32,000 nt of DNA from Candidatus Electronema halotolerans (GCA_942493095.1 OW818675.1:1920001-1952000); one strand, 5' to 3'. Counted from the stretch's first letter, positions 17,559 through 27,399 are shown. The notes: generated by a model not told the origin, from the letters alone. Numbers and translations are program-made.

Positions 17559-19925
17559 CTAAAACGGCCTCATGGTCCAGATGCCGCAGGGGCAGGTGTC
17601 GGCGCAGAAGCCGCAGGCAATGCACTTGCTGTCATCCGAGACATACTTGTATGCCACGCCGTCCGCAGCCTGCTCCGGAGGCACTTCCTCGCGGGAGATG
17701 GCGTGGGTCGGGCACATGGTCTCGCAGAGGTGGCAGTCACGGCATGAGCCGCAGCTCAGGCAGCGGGCCGCCTGCTGCTCCTCGGTCTTGCCCTTGTCGT
17801 CCGCCGGATCATAGTGGGCAATGGTCAACGCCTCGTACTGAATCAGCTTTTTGGCAAAAGGCTTCCATTCCCTGCCCTCCATCGCCGCGATCAGATACTC
17901 GGCTGTCCGCTTAGCCGCGCCAAGGGCGTTGGTCGCCAGACCGGGCCGCTCCACGTCGCCGACCGCAAGAATCTTGTCATCCGTGGTCCGGCCCGCCTCG
18001 TCGGTCTTGATCCAAGAGCCGCCAGCGATTTTGATCACCTCGACGCTGTCCGGCAGGAAAGGCAGGCTGGGCACGTCGCCAATGGAAATAATCACGGTCT
18101 GGGCCGGAATCAGCTCGCCTTTGTCCGTGACAAGTCCTTTCTCCGTCACCTCCTTAGTCATCACCGGCCACTTGAAAACCGCACCAAGAGCCTCGGCAGA
18201 TTCGCGCTCCTTGCCAAAGGCCAGCGGCTTCTGGATGTCCACCAGCGTGACCTGATCCGCTCCCAGCCGATAACACTCGGCAGCCACGTCGCAGCCGACA
18301 TTGCCCGCGCCGATGATCACCACCTGCTTGCCCGTGGCCATCGGATGCTCGCTCTTGGCCGCCTTGAGATAATCAAGGGCCGGAATCACCCGCTCGTGGC
18401 CGGGGAAGGGAATGGTCTTGGGCTGATGGGTGCCGACCGCGACGATGACATAATCGTACTCGGCCTTGAGCTGCTCCATCCGGGCCTTGGTCATGCTTTC
18501 GCCGAGATGCACCTTGATGTTCTCGCTCTTCTTGAAACGCTCGACCTCCAACTCCCAGACCGCCTTGGAGAGCCGCTCCCACGGAATGGTCTGGGCCAGC
18601 TTGCCGCCGAGCTGCTCGCTTTTCTCGAAGATATGGGCTTCAATACCAGCCAAAGCCAGATGCCAAGCCGCGCCCATGCCTGCCGGGCCGCCGCCGATAA
18701 TCGCCACTTTCTGGCCAGTGGTCGCCTTGGCCTTGGGCGGATCCACGTTATGCACCGCCTGACCAAGGATCGAGACATCAATGGAAAAATCGATTTTTTT
18801 GCGCGAACAGTTCTGGATGCAGAGGTTGGGGCAGATGGTGCCGCAGACCGAGGCCGGGAAGGGCGTGTAGCGGAGCAGCAGCTCGTAGGCCTCCTCGTTC
18901 CTGCCCTCGCGGATCAGCCGCAGCCGGTCAATGGTCGGGATGTGCATCGGGCAGTAAAAGGTGCAGGGCGCGGCGGAGTCGCGGTTGACCCACCAAGGCC
19001 GACGGCGGCGCAGCTCGCCGGTTTCAATCACCCCGATCACCGAGCGGTCCAAGTTCGGAGCCAAGTCGCGCAGCGGATCGCCGCCGCCAAAGCCCGCGCT
19101 CCAGACGCGTTTGGCAAATTCCGACATCGGCATCGGGCCGGAGAACATCAGAGCGCGCTCCTGCGGGCTGACTGCCGTGAGCAGATTCCATTCCTCACGC
19201 CTGCTCAGGGTGTCGAGCAGCTCAAGTCTGCCGATGGCCTTCAGATATTCCGGCAGCCGCTCGATAAGCCACTGCCATTCCTCATCAGTCGGCTGGGTCA
19301 GCTTGGCATTGGTGCGCGAATAGCTGTCATCCGTTTTGCCCCGGAAATAGACTTGGCCGCCGACCATGCCGACGCAAGGACGATAGCCGAGCACATTGTC
19401 CGGGTTCTTGGGATTATGGCCGCAAACCACCGCAGTGCCGCCGCAGTTGAACTCGGCAAAGGTGTCGCCCACTGAGCCGAGCACCCACATTTCCGGGCGT
19501 TCGTAGTCCGGGTTCCACTTGGTCATGGTCAGGCCGCGTGCGCCGATGGAGCCGCCGATCATCACCCGGCCCCCGGCCATCGCGTTGCATGCGCCGTTGG
19601 TCGCATCGCCTTTGACAATGACATCCGCGCCGATATTGAGGTAGCCGACATCGTCCGAGGCCGAGCCTTCACAGATGATCGTGGCACCAGACATGCCCAT
19701 GCAGCCCAGCCGCTGGCCCACCGGCCCTTTAACCCGGATGGTGAGCGGCTTGTCCTTGCTGCCAAGGCGCAGGCCAATGTTGTGCTGGCCAAAGGATTCG
19801 AGCAGCAGCTCATCCGCAGCAGCGGCTGCCCCGCGCACCTCCTCCTCAAATATCTTCGAGGTCAGGCGCAGGCCCTTTGCGTCCTTGCCGCGTATTGTCA
19901 CAATGTTTTTCGCTTGTTCAGTCAT
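17559..19925 (-). CDS. Fused GXGXG (GltB C-terminal type) domain + FAD/NAD(P) oxidoreductase (GltD-like) + 4Fe-4S domains
   Basis: GXGXG region (LGCMGMSGATIICEGSASDDVGYLNIGADVIVKGDATNGACNAMAGGRVMIGG), then GltD-like GGGPAGMGAAWHLALAG and VIGAGNVGCDVAAE, C-terminal CLSCGSCRDCHLCETMCP and CIACGFCADTCPCG clusters. Confidence 0.9.
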   Translation of the reverse strand: MTEQAKNIVTIRGKDAKGLRLTSKIFEEEVRGAAAAADELLLESFGQHNIGLRLGSKDKPLTIRVKGPVGQRLGCMGMSGATIICEGSASDDVGYLNIGADVIVKGDATNGACNAMAGGRVMIGGSIGARGLTMTKWNPDYERPEMWVLGSVGDTFAEFNCGGTAVVCGHNPKNPDNVLGYRPCVGMVGGQVYFRGKTDDSYSRTNAKLTQPTDEEWQWLIERLPEYLKAIGRLELLDTLSRREEWNLLTAVSPQERALMFSGPMPMSEFAKRVWSAGFGGGDPLRDLAPNLDRSVIGVIETGELRRRRPWWVNRDSAAPCTFYCPMHIPTIDRLRLIREGRNEEAYELLLRYTPFPASVCGTICPNLCIQNCSRKKIDFSIDVSILGQAVHNVDPPKAKATTGQKVAIIGGGPAGMGAAWHLALAGIEAHIFEKSEQLGGKLAQTIPWERLSKAVWELEVERFKKSENIKVHLGESMTKARMEQLKAEYDYVIVAVGTHQPKTIPFPGHERVIPALDYLKAAKSEHPMATGKQVVIIGAGNVGCDVAAECYRLGADQVTLVDIQKPLAFGKERESAEALGAVFKWPVMTKEVTEKGLVTDKGELIPAQTVIISIGDVPSLPFLPDSVEVIKIAGGSWIKTDEAGRTTDDKILAVGDVERPGLATNALGAAKRTAEYLIAAMEGREWKPFAKKLIQYEALTIAHYDPADDKGKTEEQQAARCLSCGSCRDCHLCETMCPTHAISREEVPPEQAADGVAYKYVSDDSKCIACGFCADTCPCGIWTMRPF

Positions 19926-19994
19926 AATGAAAATCCGTGATGATGGGCGGATATAATTTTACGGTTAGATAATTACCCTTTTGCATATCAGCCA

Positions 19995-20684
19995 TTATTC
20001 TTTCATGATCGTGATGACGCGCTCATCCAAGCAGGAACGCAAAAAGGCATTCATCTGCTGCTGCTCGCCGCTGTCATAAAAGTCCAACATGAGCTGATTG
20101 AATTCCAATTGCCGTTTGGCTGGAAGATTGATCGCAGGATAGCCGCAGCTTAACAAAAATCCATTCATGACAAAACGGCCCATGCGTTTGTTGACATCAT
20201 AAAAAAATTGACAGCGGGCCATAGTCAGAAAATAGTGAATAGCGCGGTCATACACGTCATCAAGCTGCGCTGCCTCTTCTGTCATTTGCGCAAAAAATTT
20301 CAGTAGCTTTTCTGCTGCGGGCGGCAGATAACTTGTTCCAGCAATGGTCACGCCGCCGGAACGAAATTTCCCCCATTCCAGCGCATCTTCCTTGGCGGCA
20401 ATGCTGTGCAAGGCGCAAACTTGTTCAACAGTCACAGCAAACTGCTTTTTTTCTATCAAACGGAAGATGTATCGCCACGCATCAGCCTGATTCAGGGCAA
20501 CCTGCTGGTCGCTGATCTTATGACCGCCGACTGTGATACCTTCGAGCAGAGTCTGGATTTCCGGCAGAGTGTAACTGATTCCCTCCAGATTGACTGCATC
20601 ACAGACAAATTCAGCAAGCTGGCGTTTGGCCAGCATGATTGCCTTGGCTTGATTTGGCCGCATCTGCCAATAGGCATCAATCAT
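19995..20684 (-). CDS. Fic/DOC family protein with non-canonical motif
   Basis: Fic core: YDRAIHYFLTMARCQFFYDVNKRMGRFVMNGFLLSCGYPAINLPAKRQLEFNQLM. Confidence 0.8.
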   Translation of the reverse strand: MIDAYWQMRPNQAKAIMLAKRQLAEFVCDAVNLEGISYTLPEIQTLLEGITVGGHKISDQQVALNQADAWRYIFRLIEKKQFAVTVEQVCALHSIAAKEDALEWGKFRSGGVTIAGTSYLPPAAEKLLKFFAQMTEEAAQLDDVYDRAIHYFLTMARCQFFYDVNKRMGRFVMNGFLLSCGYPAINLPAKRQLEFNQLMLDFYDSGEQQQMNAFLRSCLDERVITIMKE

Positions 20685-20702
20685 CGCAACTTCTTGCCGC
20701 TA

Positions 20703-20990
20703 TCAACTGATGTAACCCCATTCCCTGAACTGCTCCTGCAACTCAGGATCATTCTTGAACGCTTGAAAAAATATATATTCAGGGGCTAAATCTGCGCCGT
20801 TTGGCCAGACAAGTGTTTCTAAGTGCTCGTCAACAGCAAAGGCGGAAAATGCGGATGGTTGTTTCAGCGGCTCAAAAATAGGGCCATGCAATGCTTCAGA
20901 CAAATCAGCAATACCTTTTCGACCATTGTTAAATGCTACTTCTACTTTGTATTCATCAAGATGTTTGGCATCTGTAATATGAAGAAACAT
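20703..20990 (-). CDS. DUF2442 domain protein
   Basis: MFLHITDAKHLDEYKVEVAFNNGRKGIADLSEALHGPIFEPLKQPSAFSAFAVDEHLETLVWPNGADLAPEYIF. Confidence 0.85.
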   Translation of the reverse strand: MFLHITDAKHLDEYKVEVAFNNGRKGIADLSEALHGPIFEPLKQPSAFSAFAVDEHLETLVWPNGADLAPEYIFFQAFKNDPELQEQFREWGYIS

Positions 20991-20992
20991 TG

Positions 20993-21250
20993 TCACTCCA
21001 ATGGCTCGACAGAGTTGGGAGCCGCCTTTTTTCGGCACAGCTCCCAGTTTGCAATCAATTCATCCTGATGCAGTTCATGCCATTCAAGTACATGCCGCAA
21101 AGCTCTCTTTGGAAAGCGCCCTTCAACCACGCCGGTATGAATGTCCACTGTGATTTCATAGCCATCATATTTTGCATGAAAATGCGGAGGACTGTGATCA
21201 TCCCAGTACATGACGATGATTATTCCAAGAAATCTGCTTATTATTGGCAT
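20993..21250 (-). CDS. DUF4160 domain protein
   Basis: MPIISRFLGIIIVMYWDDHSPPHFHAKYDGYEITVDIHTGVVEGRFPKRALRHVLEWHELHQDELIANWELC. Confidence 0.85.
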   Translation of the reverse strand: MPIISRFLGIIIVMYWDDHSPPHFHAKYDGYEITVDIHTGVVEGRFPKRALRHVLEWHELHQDELIANWELCRKKAAPNSVEPLE

Positions 21251-21268
21251 GTCCAAAAATGGGTGGGG

Positions 21269-22909
21269 CTAACAAATATACTTAATCCCCAGCCGCTGCG
21301 CCGCATCCGCATCATCAATGCCAAGGGCATCAGACATGCCAATGGGCAGGCTCTGCGAACGGCCAAGCGGAGCCATGATCTTCTTCATCTCGGTGCGGAT
21401 TCCTTGGAAGACATCTGCCACCCGCTGGGCCACATCATCAGGGTCAAGCCGACGATAGAGCTTGGGATTCTGGCTGGTGATGCCTTTTGGACACAGGCCC
21501 ACGTTGCAGATATTGCAGCGGCCCAGCTCGTTGCCAAGACAGCCTGCCGCAGCCTGCATGATGTATTTGCCAATATGCACGCCGGACGCGCCGAGCATGA
21601 TCAGGGCCATACCGTTCTGGGTGACATTACCGTTTTTGCCCACGCCCCCAGCAGCAAAGAGCGGAATCTCATTCTGGCGACCTTGGGCAACCAGATCCAG
21701 ATAGCACTCGCGCAGGTTGGAGGCAATCGGATGGCCGGTGGCATCCATCGACACGTTGTAGGCCGCGCCGGTGCCGCCGTCAATGCCGTCAATCAGCAGG
21801 CCGCTCGCATACGGATTGCGCACCAAGTTGTTGAGCACGGACTTGGCCGAGGTGGAGCCGGAAATCTTGGGATAAACCGGCACCCGGAAGCCAAAGGCCA
21901 TAGACAGGGTCTGAATCATCTTCATGACGCTTTCCTCAATCGAATAAAGCGTCTGATGCACGGGCGGCGAAGGCAGATCAACGCCTTCCGGCACACCGCG
22001 CAGGCGGGCGATCAGCTTGCTGACCTTGAACCACATCAGTAGGCCGCCGTCGCCAGGCTTTGCGCCTTGGCCGTACTTGATCTCAATCGCTGCCGGATCG
22101 CACTGCATCTCCGGGATGGCCCGGATGATCTCGTCCCAGCCAAAATAGCCGGAAGCGATTTGCAGAATGATGTATTTCAGGAACGGGCTTTTCAGCACCC
22201 ACGGCGGACAGCCGCCCTCGCCGGTGGCCATAACTACGGGAATGCCGAGCACCTCGTTGCAATACGCCACGCCTTGGAGCAGACCCAGCCACATATTGGG
22301 CGAAAGCGCGCCAAAGGACATGGAGCCGATCACGAACGGGAATATCTCGCGGGTCGGCGGAATCCATTCGCCTGCGGCCTGACGGCGGAGAAACTCCTCC
22401 GGCGGCAGCACTCGGCCCAGAATGGTGTTGATGTTGAACTCATGCCGCCCTGCATCCAAGGCCGGATCCGTGAGCATGGAAATCCGGTCAAAGGCGATGC
22501 GGTCCAGAATGGTTCTGCCGCTGACATTGCGCCGACCGCCACGTTTCCACGCATCACCCTTCTGATCCATCTGAAAGCGGGAGCGATGCTCGTTGGTGTT
22601 CGGCACCGGGCTGATGGCCTCATTCGGGCAGACAGAAGCGCACATGCCGCAGCCAATGCACATTTTGTCCACATCCGTGTTCTGGCGGATGCCGACAAAA
22701 TGGCGGAAGTCGTTGCCGCGCTTCTTCTGGAGGATGTCTAACTTGGGCAGCCGCTGGCGACGGTAGGTCAGATAAATCGCCTGTTTAGGACAGACTGCCG
22801 TGCATTGGCCGCAGAGGGTGCAGCGGTCTTCCCGGTGCTGGATGATCCACGGCAGGTCGCTGTAGGTCAGGCTGCTTGGCTGAGTGTAAATTGATCGAAC
22901 TGAGACCAT
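21269..22909 (-). CDS. Archaeal-type glutamate synthase, FMN-binding (GltB2-like) subunit with ferredoxin domains
   Basis: Two 4Fe-4S motifs (CTLCGQCTAVCPKQ, CIGCGMCASVCPNE), PFVIGSMSFGALSPNMWLGL, EIKYGQGAKPGDGGLL, IDGIDGGTGAA, CNICNVGLCPKGITSQ. Confidence 0.92.
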   Translation of the reverse strand: MVSVRSIYTQPSSLTYSDLPWIIQHREDRCTLCGQCTAVCPKQAIYLTYRRQRLPKLDILQKKRGNDFRHFVGIRQNTDVDKMCIGCGMCASVCPNEAISPVPNTNEHRSRFQMDQKGDAWKRGGRRNVSGRTILDRIAFDRISMLTDPALDAGRHEFNINTILGRVLPPEEFLRRQAAGEWIPPTREIFPFVIGSMSFGALSPNMWLGLLQGVAYCNEVLGIPVVMATGEGGCPPWVLKSPFLKYIILQIASGYFGWDEIIRAIPEMQCDPAAIEIKYGQGAKPGDGGLLMWFKVSKLIARLRGVPEGVDLPSPPVHQTLYSIEESVMKMIQTLSMAFGFRVPVYPKISGSTSAKSVLNNLVRNPYASGLLIDGIDGGTGAAYNVSMDATGHPIASNLRECYLDLVAQGRQNEIPLFAAGGVGKNGNVTQNGMALIMLGASGVHIGKYIMQAAAGCLGNELGRCNICNVGLCPKGITSQNPKLYRRLDPDDVAQRVADVFQGIRTEMKKIMAPLGRSQSLPIGMSDALGIDDADAAQRLGIKYIC

Positions 22910-24003
22910 ATCAGGAGTTCCTTTCTGTCAGGGGGAATGATGACTGTGTGTTCGCGCATGGGCTGGAAGTCGAGGCTGGGATCGCGGTCAGGGACAAGAG
23001 CTTCCACGCCGCACATCTCCGAGGCAATGGCCCATGCGCCGGGCCGTCCGCCGACTGTGGCGGGCCGCAGCTTCTTCTGATCCATGACCAAGAGGCAGCT
23101 TTCGTCCGGTAAAGTGCCGATGACCGCGTTCGGGCCGTCAATGATCAGGCGGCGGCAGGCCGTGCGCAGGCCCTTGAGGAATTCGCCCTGCGGATGCGCG
23201 TTCAGCTCCTCGGTCTTTAGCGGGGTGATGACGTGCTTGTAGCAGGCTAACGGCAGATTGAGCTTCTTGGTCACATAATGGAGAATATGAGCAAAAACCT
23301 CGGAGTCAGACTGATAGCCCATGTAGCCGGGGATGTTCTTGCCCAGCAGCCATTCCTTGATCGGGACAAAGGCGGTGTTCTCGCCATTGGTCATGGTGGC
23401 GATGCCTTGGATGAAGAAGGGATGGCAGGCATAGAGGTTGATGCCGTAGTTGGTGTTCTGGCGGCCCTGGGCCATGACCACCCGCGCCTTGAGCCTGCCG
23501 TCATCCAAGCCAAGGGCATCGCCGATGTCGAGCGGCCAGCCCACCTCCTTGATCATGACCACGTCCGGCCAGAGCGAGAAAGCGGTCAGGTCGCCGCCGT
23601 GCGCCTCGCCGTCCTTGCGCAGGAAGAGGCGAGTCTGCATCAGGCGGTCTTCCAGCTCGGCCTGAGTCAGCCCATGCGGCTTCTTATAGACCCGGACAAT
23701 GTACTGAAAGCGGTCTTTGGCCTCAATCAGCTCCGGCTTGACCTTGAACCAGTGGTCATACTCCTGCTCAAAGCCGCGCTCCTCCATGATGCGGTGGAGC
23801 CGCTTGGCTGCCGCCTCAGTGTGGGCAATGCCGGAGAGAATGACCTGCTCTTCCTTTTTGTATTTGAAATCCTCAAAACTGACCCCGCGCAGCAGCAGGC
23901 CAAGGCCGCTGCCGTCATATCCCTCCTGCATGGCCTCCATGCCACTGAGCACCTCGTAGGGTGAGAAGGGTATGTCTGCGGTTTTCAAGGCTAATCGACA
24001 CAT
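22867..24003 (-). CDS. Archaeal-type glutamate synthase, class II glutamine amidotransferase (GltB1-like) subunit
   Basis: MCRLALKTADIPFSPYEVLSGMEAMQEGYDGSGLGLLLRG..., LMQTRLFLRKDGEAHGGDLTAFSLWPDVVMIKEVGWPLDI. Overlaps the following subunit gene by 43 bp. Confidence 0.85.
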   Translation of the reverse strand: MCRLALKTADIPFSPYEVLSGMEAMQEGYDGSGLGLLLRGVSFEDFKYKKEEQVILSGIAHTEAAAKRLHRIMEERGFEQEYDHWFKVKPELIEAKDRFQYIVRVYKKPHGLTQAELEDRLMQTRLFLRKDGEAHGGDLTAFSLWPDVVMIKEVGWPLDIGDALGLDDGRLKARVVMAQGRQNTNYGINLYACHPFFIQGIATMTNGENTAFVPIKEWLLGKNIPGYMGYQSDSEVFAHILHYVTKKLNLPLACYKHVITPLKTEELNAHPQGEFLKGLRTACRRLIIDGPNAVIGTLPDESCLLVMDQKKLRPATVGGRPGAWAIASEMCGVEALVPDRDPSLDFQPMREHTVIIPPDRKELLIWSQFDQFTLSQAA

Positions 24004-24222
24004 AAATGACTCCCGGAAATTCGATGCTGGATATGCGCTGGGCCGGATATTCCTTCCGGCGCAGAAAGGACTTGACAGTACAAAAAAAACAACGCCCTGT
24101 CAAACAGAAAGCGCAAAGGGACAGGCTCTTGCAGGCTGGAGAGGCTGTGGATTCAACATGGTCGTGATTAGAAAACAACGCTCAATAGGGTGACGACCGA
24201 AAATCAACAGAAAATTGAAGCA

Positions 24223-25476
24223 CTATATCAGTTTCTTGCCAGTGATGATGGTGATCGGATTGAGCTGAAGAACGGAGAGCCGCCCGTCCTCGCCATAATC
24301 CTGCTGCTGCCGGCTTACTGAGACCGTGCGGACATCAGCCTCCAAGCCATTGGCCGTCATCAGGAGCGGGGCCTGCTCGGCTGTGTTCTGGAGCACCGCG
24401 CTGACCACCAGCCTGCCGCCCTTGGCCAGCCGCTCGGCGCAAGGCGCGACGATTTCGGCCAGCAGACCCCGGCTGCCGCCAATGAAGACCCGGTCCGGGT
24501 CAGGCAGCTTGGCAAAGACCTCTGGAGCCTGGCCGCGCACAAGGGTGATGTTGTAGAGGCCGTAGCGGACAATGTTGGCACGAATGTTCTGCCAGCCCTC
24601 CTCCTTCTGCTCAACCACATGAATGGACAGGCCAGGGCAGAGCCGGGCCGCTTCAACTGAAATGGATCCGGAGCCGCCGCCCACATCCCAGAGCACGCCC
24701 TGCCTTGGCAGACAGAGCCGATGGAGAATCACGGCCCGGATTTCATCCTTGGTGATCAGGCCGCGTGAATGGCTGATTTCATTCTCCTGAAGGCCGAAGA
24801 CGCAGGCCGCGTCCGGCTGCCCCTCCGCTTCAGACGGCTCCTGCTCCAGCAGCATCATGTTGAGCGGGGCGAAAATTTGCTGGGAAGCCTCTTCCAGTGA
24901 TCCCTGCCAAAGCCGCTCCTCTGGCAGGCCAAGGTTTTCCGCCACCCGAATCCGCAGCCTGCGGATGCGCTCGGCATCCTCGTGCTCCTCCAGCAGGGTG
25001 AGCAGATCAGCGGCAATGCGGGCCGGGCTGCGCTGCGGGTCAGTGAAGAGCATCACTCGCGGCGTGGCCAGCATCCGGCCCGCCAGCAGCTCAGGCGCAC
25101 GGCCATGCAGGCTGATCAGGGGCAGGTCGTCCCAAGGGATTTTGAAGCGGGCGCAGGCCAGCTGGACAGCGGACAAGGCGGGGAAAATTTGCACCCGCTC
25201 CGGGCCGAAGCGTTCCAGCAGGATTCTGCCGATGCCGAAGAAAAGCGGGTCGCCAGAGGCCAGCACCGCAACATCACCGTCCTGAAGAGCTAAGGCCAGT
25301 TCAAAGATCATGTCTTCGACCGGCGTGATGGCAATCCAGTGAATGTCTATTCCAGTCAGCAGCTCCTGATGCCGCTCTGAAGCAACGACCGCAGTGCAGC
25401 ATTCAATAAGCTGCAGCTGCTCTGGGTCCAAACTGTCCCCGCTGATGCCGAAGAGCAGAATTTCAAACGTGTTCAA
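24223..25476 (-). CDS. cobL: Precorrin-6Y / cobalt-precorrin C5,15-methyltransferase (CobL / CbiE-CbiT fusion)
   Basis: DVAVLASGDPLFFGIGRILLERFG in the CbiE part. CbiT part: LCLPRQGVLWDVGGGSGSISVEAARLCPGLSIHVVEQKEEGWQNIRANIVRYG. Confidence 0.9.
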   Translation of the reverse strand: MNTFEILLFGISGDSLDPEQLQLIECCTAVVASERHQELLTGIDIHWIAITPVEDMIFELALALQDGDVAVLASGDPLFFGIGRILLERFGPERVQIFPALSAVQLACARFKIPWDDLPLISLHGRAPELLAGRMLATPRVMLFTDPQRSPARIAADLLTLLEEHEDAERIRRLRIRVAENLGLPEERLWQGSLEEASQQIFAPLNMMLLEQEPSEAEGQPDAACVFGLQENEISHSRGLITKDEIRAVILHRLCLPRQGVLWDVGGGSGSISVEAARLCPGLSIHVVEQKEEGWQNIRANIVRYGLYNITLVRGQAPEVFAKLPDPDRVFIGGSRGLLAEIVAPCAERLAKGGRLVVSAVLQNTAEQAPLLMTANGLEADVRTVSVSRQQQDYGEDGRLSVLQLNPITIITGKKLI

Positions 25477-25569
25477 CAGTTCAGTCCTTTGGAACTGCCG
25501 GATTTTTTACTGAAGGCTTCAGTCTCCATTTATTCACAAACGATTCTAAAATTCGCACAAAGGCATCTG

Positions 25570-26379
25570 CTATTTTTTATCAAAAATATATAAACGATGA
25601 TAAGCAAGAAAGGCAGGATCAGGATAGAATTTGTTTGGAATTGCTATCCTCTTTCCATTGTAAGATACAATGGACTCTTCCGTATAGCTGTCGTTTGACG
25701 AAAGCGTTTCTGAGACACGGACTGTCATGTTCTCGTTAATGGTTATGATTCCAAGATCAAAGGCTTTGTCGTGAAGTGCTGAAAGCAGCAGGCCGTTCCT
25801 CGGATTCATCCTGTTCTTTTTGTCGCACCGCCAAGGAATAATATGGCTCGCAACTAAAAGTCTTGGCTCAGACAGCCCAGTGACGCAGCATTTGCTCTCA
25901 TAGGCATTCAAGAGCGTCTGACGGAAAAATGCCTGTCCTATCCGCACAGAAGCCTGCACAGTTCTTTCCTCCCCTGCATGATCATCAGCATCTGTTTGGG
26001 ATTCTTTTGATTGAAAGAGTTTATCTGTGGCACTTTTCAACTCAACTGCAAATTTTCCCCAATCGTCATGTATTTCATTCCATAACTCACGATCAGCTTT
26101 TGATGCCCCGGACAATCCTCTTCTTCCAGTTGCGGTGACTTTTTGATCCAGACTCGCTATATTGCATAACTTCATTGCAAGTGCGGACGGAGTCCGGCCA
26201 ATCCCTTCAGCGCACTTTATAATATCTGGATTTTTCGCATGTAATTTTCCGAAAGGGATTTGACAGTAAAGACTGAAGGCTACAAGAAGCTGTTCTCTTG
26301 TCCACAGTTGTCTGCTGTTTTTCAGGACAGGCAATTCAACTTCTCCGGCAGAACATCTGCTTTCTGCTGATTGGTGCAT
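25570..26379 (-). CDS. HNH endonuclease domain protein
   Basis: YESKCCVTGLSEPRLLVASHIIPWRCDKKNRMNPRNGLLLSALHDKAFDLGIITI. Confidence 0.85.
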   Translation of the reverse strand: MHQSAESRCSAGEVELPVLKNSRQLWTREQLLVAFSLYCQIPFGKLHAKNPDIIKCAEGIGRTPSALAMKLCNIASLDQKVTATGRRGLSGASKADRELWNEIHDDWGKFAVELKSATDKLFQSKESQTDADDHAGEERTVQASVRIGQAFFRQTLLNAYESKCCVTGLSEPRLLVASHIIPWRCDKKNRMNPRNGLLLSALHDKAFDLGIITINENMTVRVSETLSSNDSYTEESIVSYNGKRIAIPNKFYPDPAFLAYHRLYIFDKK

Positions 26380-26667
26380 TTTTCAATAAACTGCTGACCA
26401 TCATTTTCAGTTGATCAACAGCATCAGCACCCTGCTGCTGGAGGCGGTGGTTTATGACGGGCTGAGGCAGGTGCAGAGAGGACATGAGGAACTGGAACTG
26501 TGCGCGGAAAGGGATTGTGTCAGCAAATCATCTTGCTGCGTCCCCGGATGAAAAGAAAAGGCAATGGGCAGAGACACTCCGTACTGTCAAGGCAGGCGGC
26601 AGAAAGAAAATGCCGCCTTTCCTGAAGACGCTGTCAGAAATTTTTGGGCAAAAATCAGCGGCAATCC

Positions 26668-27396
26668 CTACTGCTGCGATGATTCCGCCGCTTCATTAGC
26701 TGCTGAGTCACTGTCTGCGGCAGTGCTGCTGTTCTCCGACGAAGGTGCTTGCTCCTCAGATTGCGCAGGAGGAGCAGTTTGTTCAGCAGCATCGTCCGGC
26801 GGCAGCACCGCTGAAGAGAGACTGCTGCTGGCAGGCGGCGGCACTGCTGGCTGCTGTTCCTGTTTCAGTAAATAGCCAAAAGGATTCCAGCCAGTGGCAA
26901 GGCTGAACGCAGCCACAGCAAGCACTGTCAGGATAAGGAGAAAAGCGGCCAAGGTTGCTGAAGAGAGATGGGACGGCTCGGACAGCTTGTTGGCGGACAT
27001 GCTGCCCTGATCCCGGCCAGACAGGCCTGGTCCGCCCATCTTCTGCTGATGTCTGTGCCGTTCCGCAAGAAATCTCCTTGCCGCATCCGGGCCGTCAATG
27101 CCGAGAAGATTGCCGTAAATGGCGATCTGGCCGCGTATGAAGGTGTCAGCAGGCAGAGCGTCATACGCCTCATTCTCAATCGAAACCAAGTTCGAGACAG
27201 AAATGTTGGTCTCGCTGGCAATATCTTGCAGGCTCAGGCCCTTTTCCTTGCGCAGCTGGCGCAGGAGCTGGCCGACGCTGCTCTGCTCCTGCTTCCCGAC
27301 CGCAGCATGTTCCTTTTTTTCCGAGCTGTTCTTTTCCTGGGTGCTCATTTGTTCCGCTGAAAGTTGTTTGTTGCTCTGCGCGATCCGCCCTGTCAT
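26668..27396 (-). CDS. RodZ-like helix-turn-helix plus TM protein
   Basis: VGQLLRQLRKEKGLSLQDIASETNISVSNLVSIENEAYDALPADTFIRGQIAIYGNLLGID, downstream TM AAFLLILTVLAVAAFSLA and Pro/Ser-rich tail. Confidence 0.75.
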   Translation of the reverse strand: MTGRIAQSNKQLSAEQMSTQEKNSSEKKEHAAVGKQEQSSVGQLLRQLRKEKGLSLQDIASETNISVSNLVSIENEAYDALPADTFIRGQIAIYGNLLGIDGPDAARRFLAERHRHQQKMGGPGLSGRDQGSMSANKLSEPSHLSSATLAAFLLILTVLAVAAFSLATGWNPFGYLLKQEQQPAVPPPASSSLSSAVLPPDDAAEQTAPPAQSEEQAPSSENSSTAADSDSAANEAAESSQQ

Positions 27397-27399
27397 AAT

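Noticed and set aside
17814-19475. Long plus-strand ORF (553 aa) antisense to the GXGXG/GltD fusion
   Set aside because: Shadow ORF of GC-rich coding sequence. The minus-strand protein has clear cofactor and cluster motifs, while the plus-strand product has none.
20990-22042. Plus-strand ORF (350 aa) over DUF4160 and the GltB2-like gene
   Set aside because: Spans two genes with recognisable products on the other strand. No motif of its own.
26484-26699. Plus-strand ORF and possible gene remnant between the HNH and RodZ-like genes
   Set aside because: An open frame (LLLEAVVYDGLRQVQRGHEELEL...) could be a remnant, but no family can be named and there is no start, so it is not supportable as a feature.
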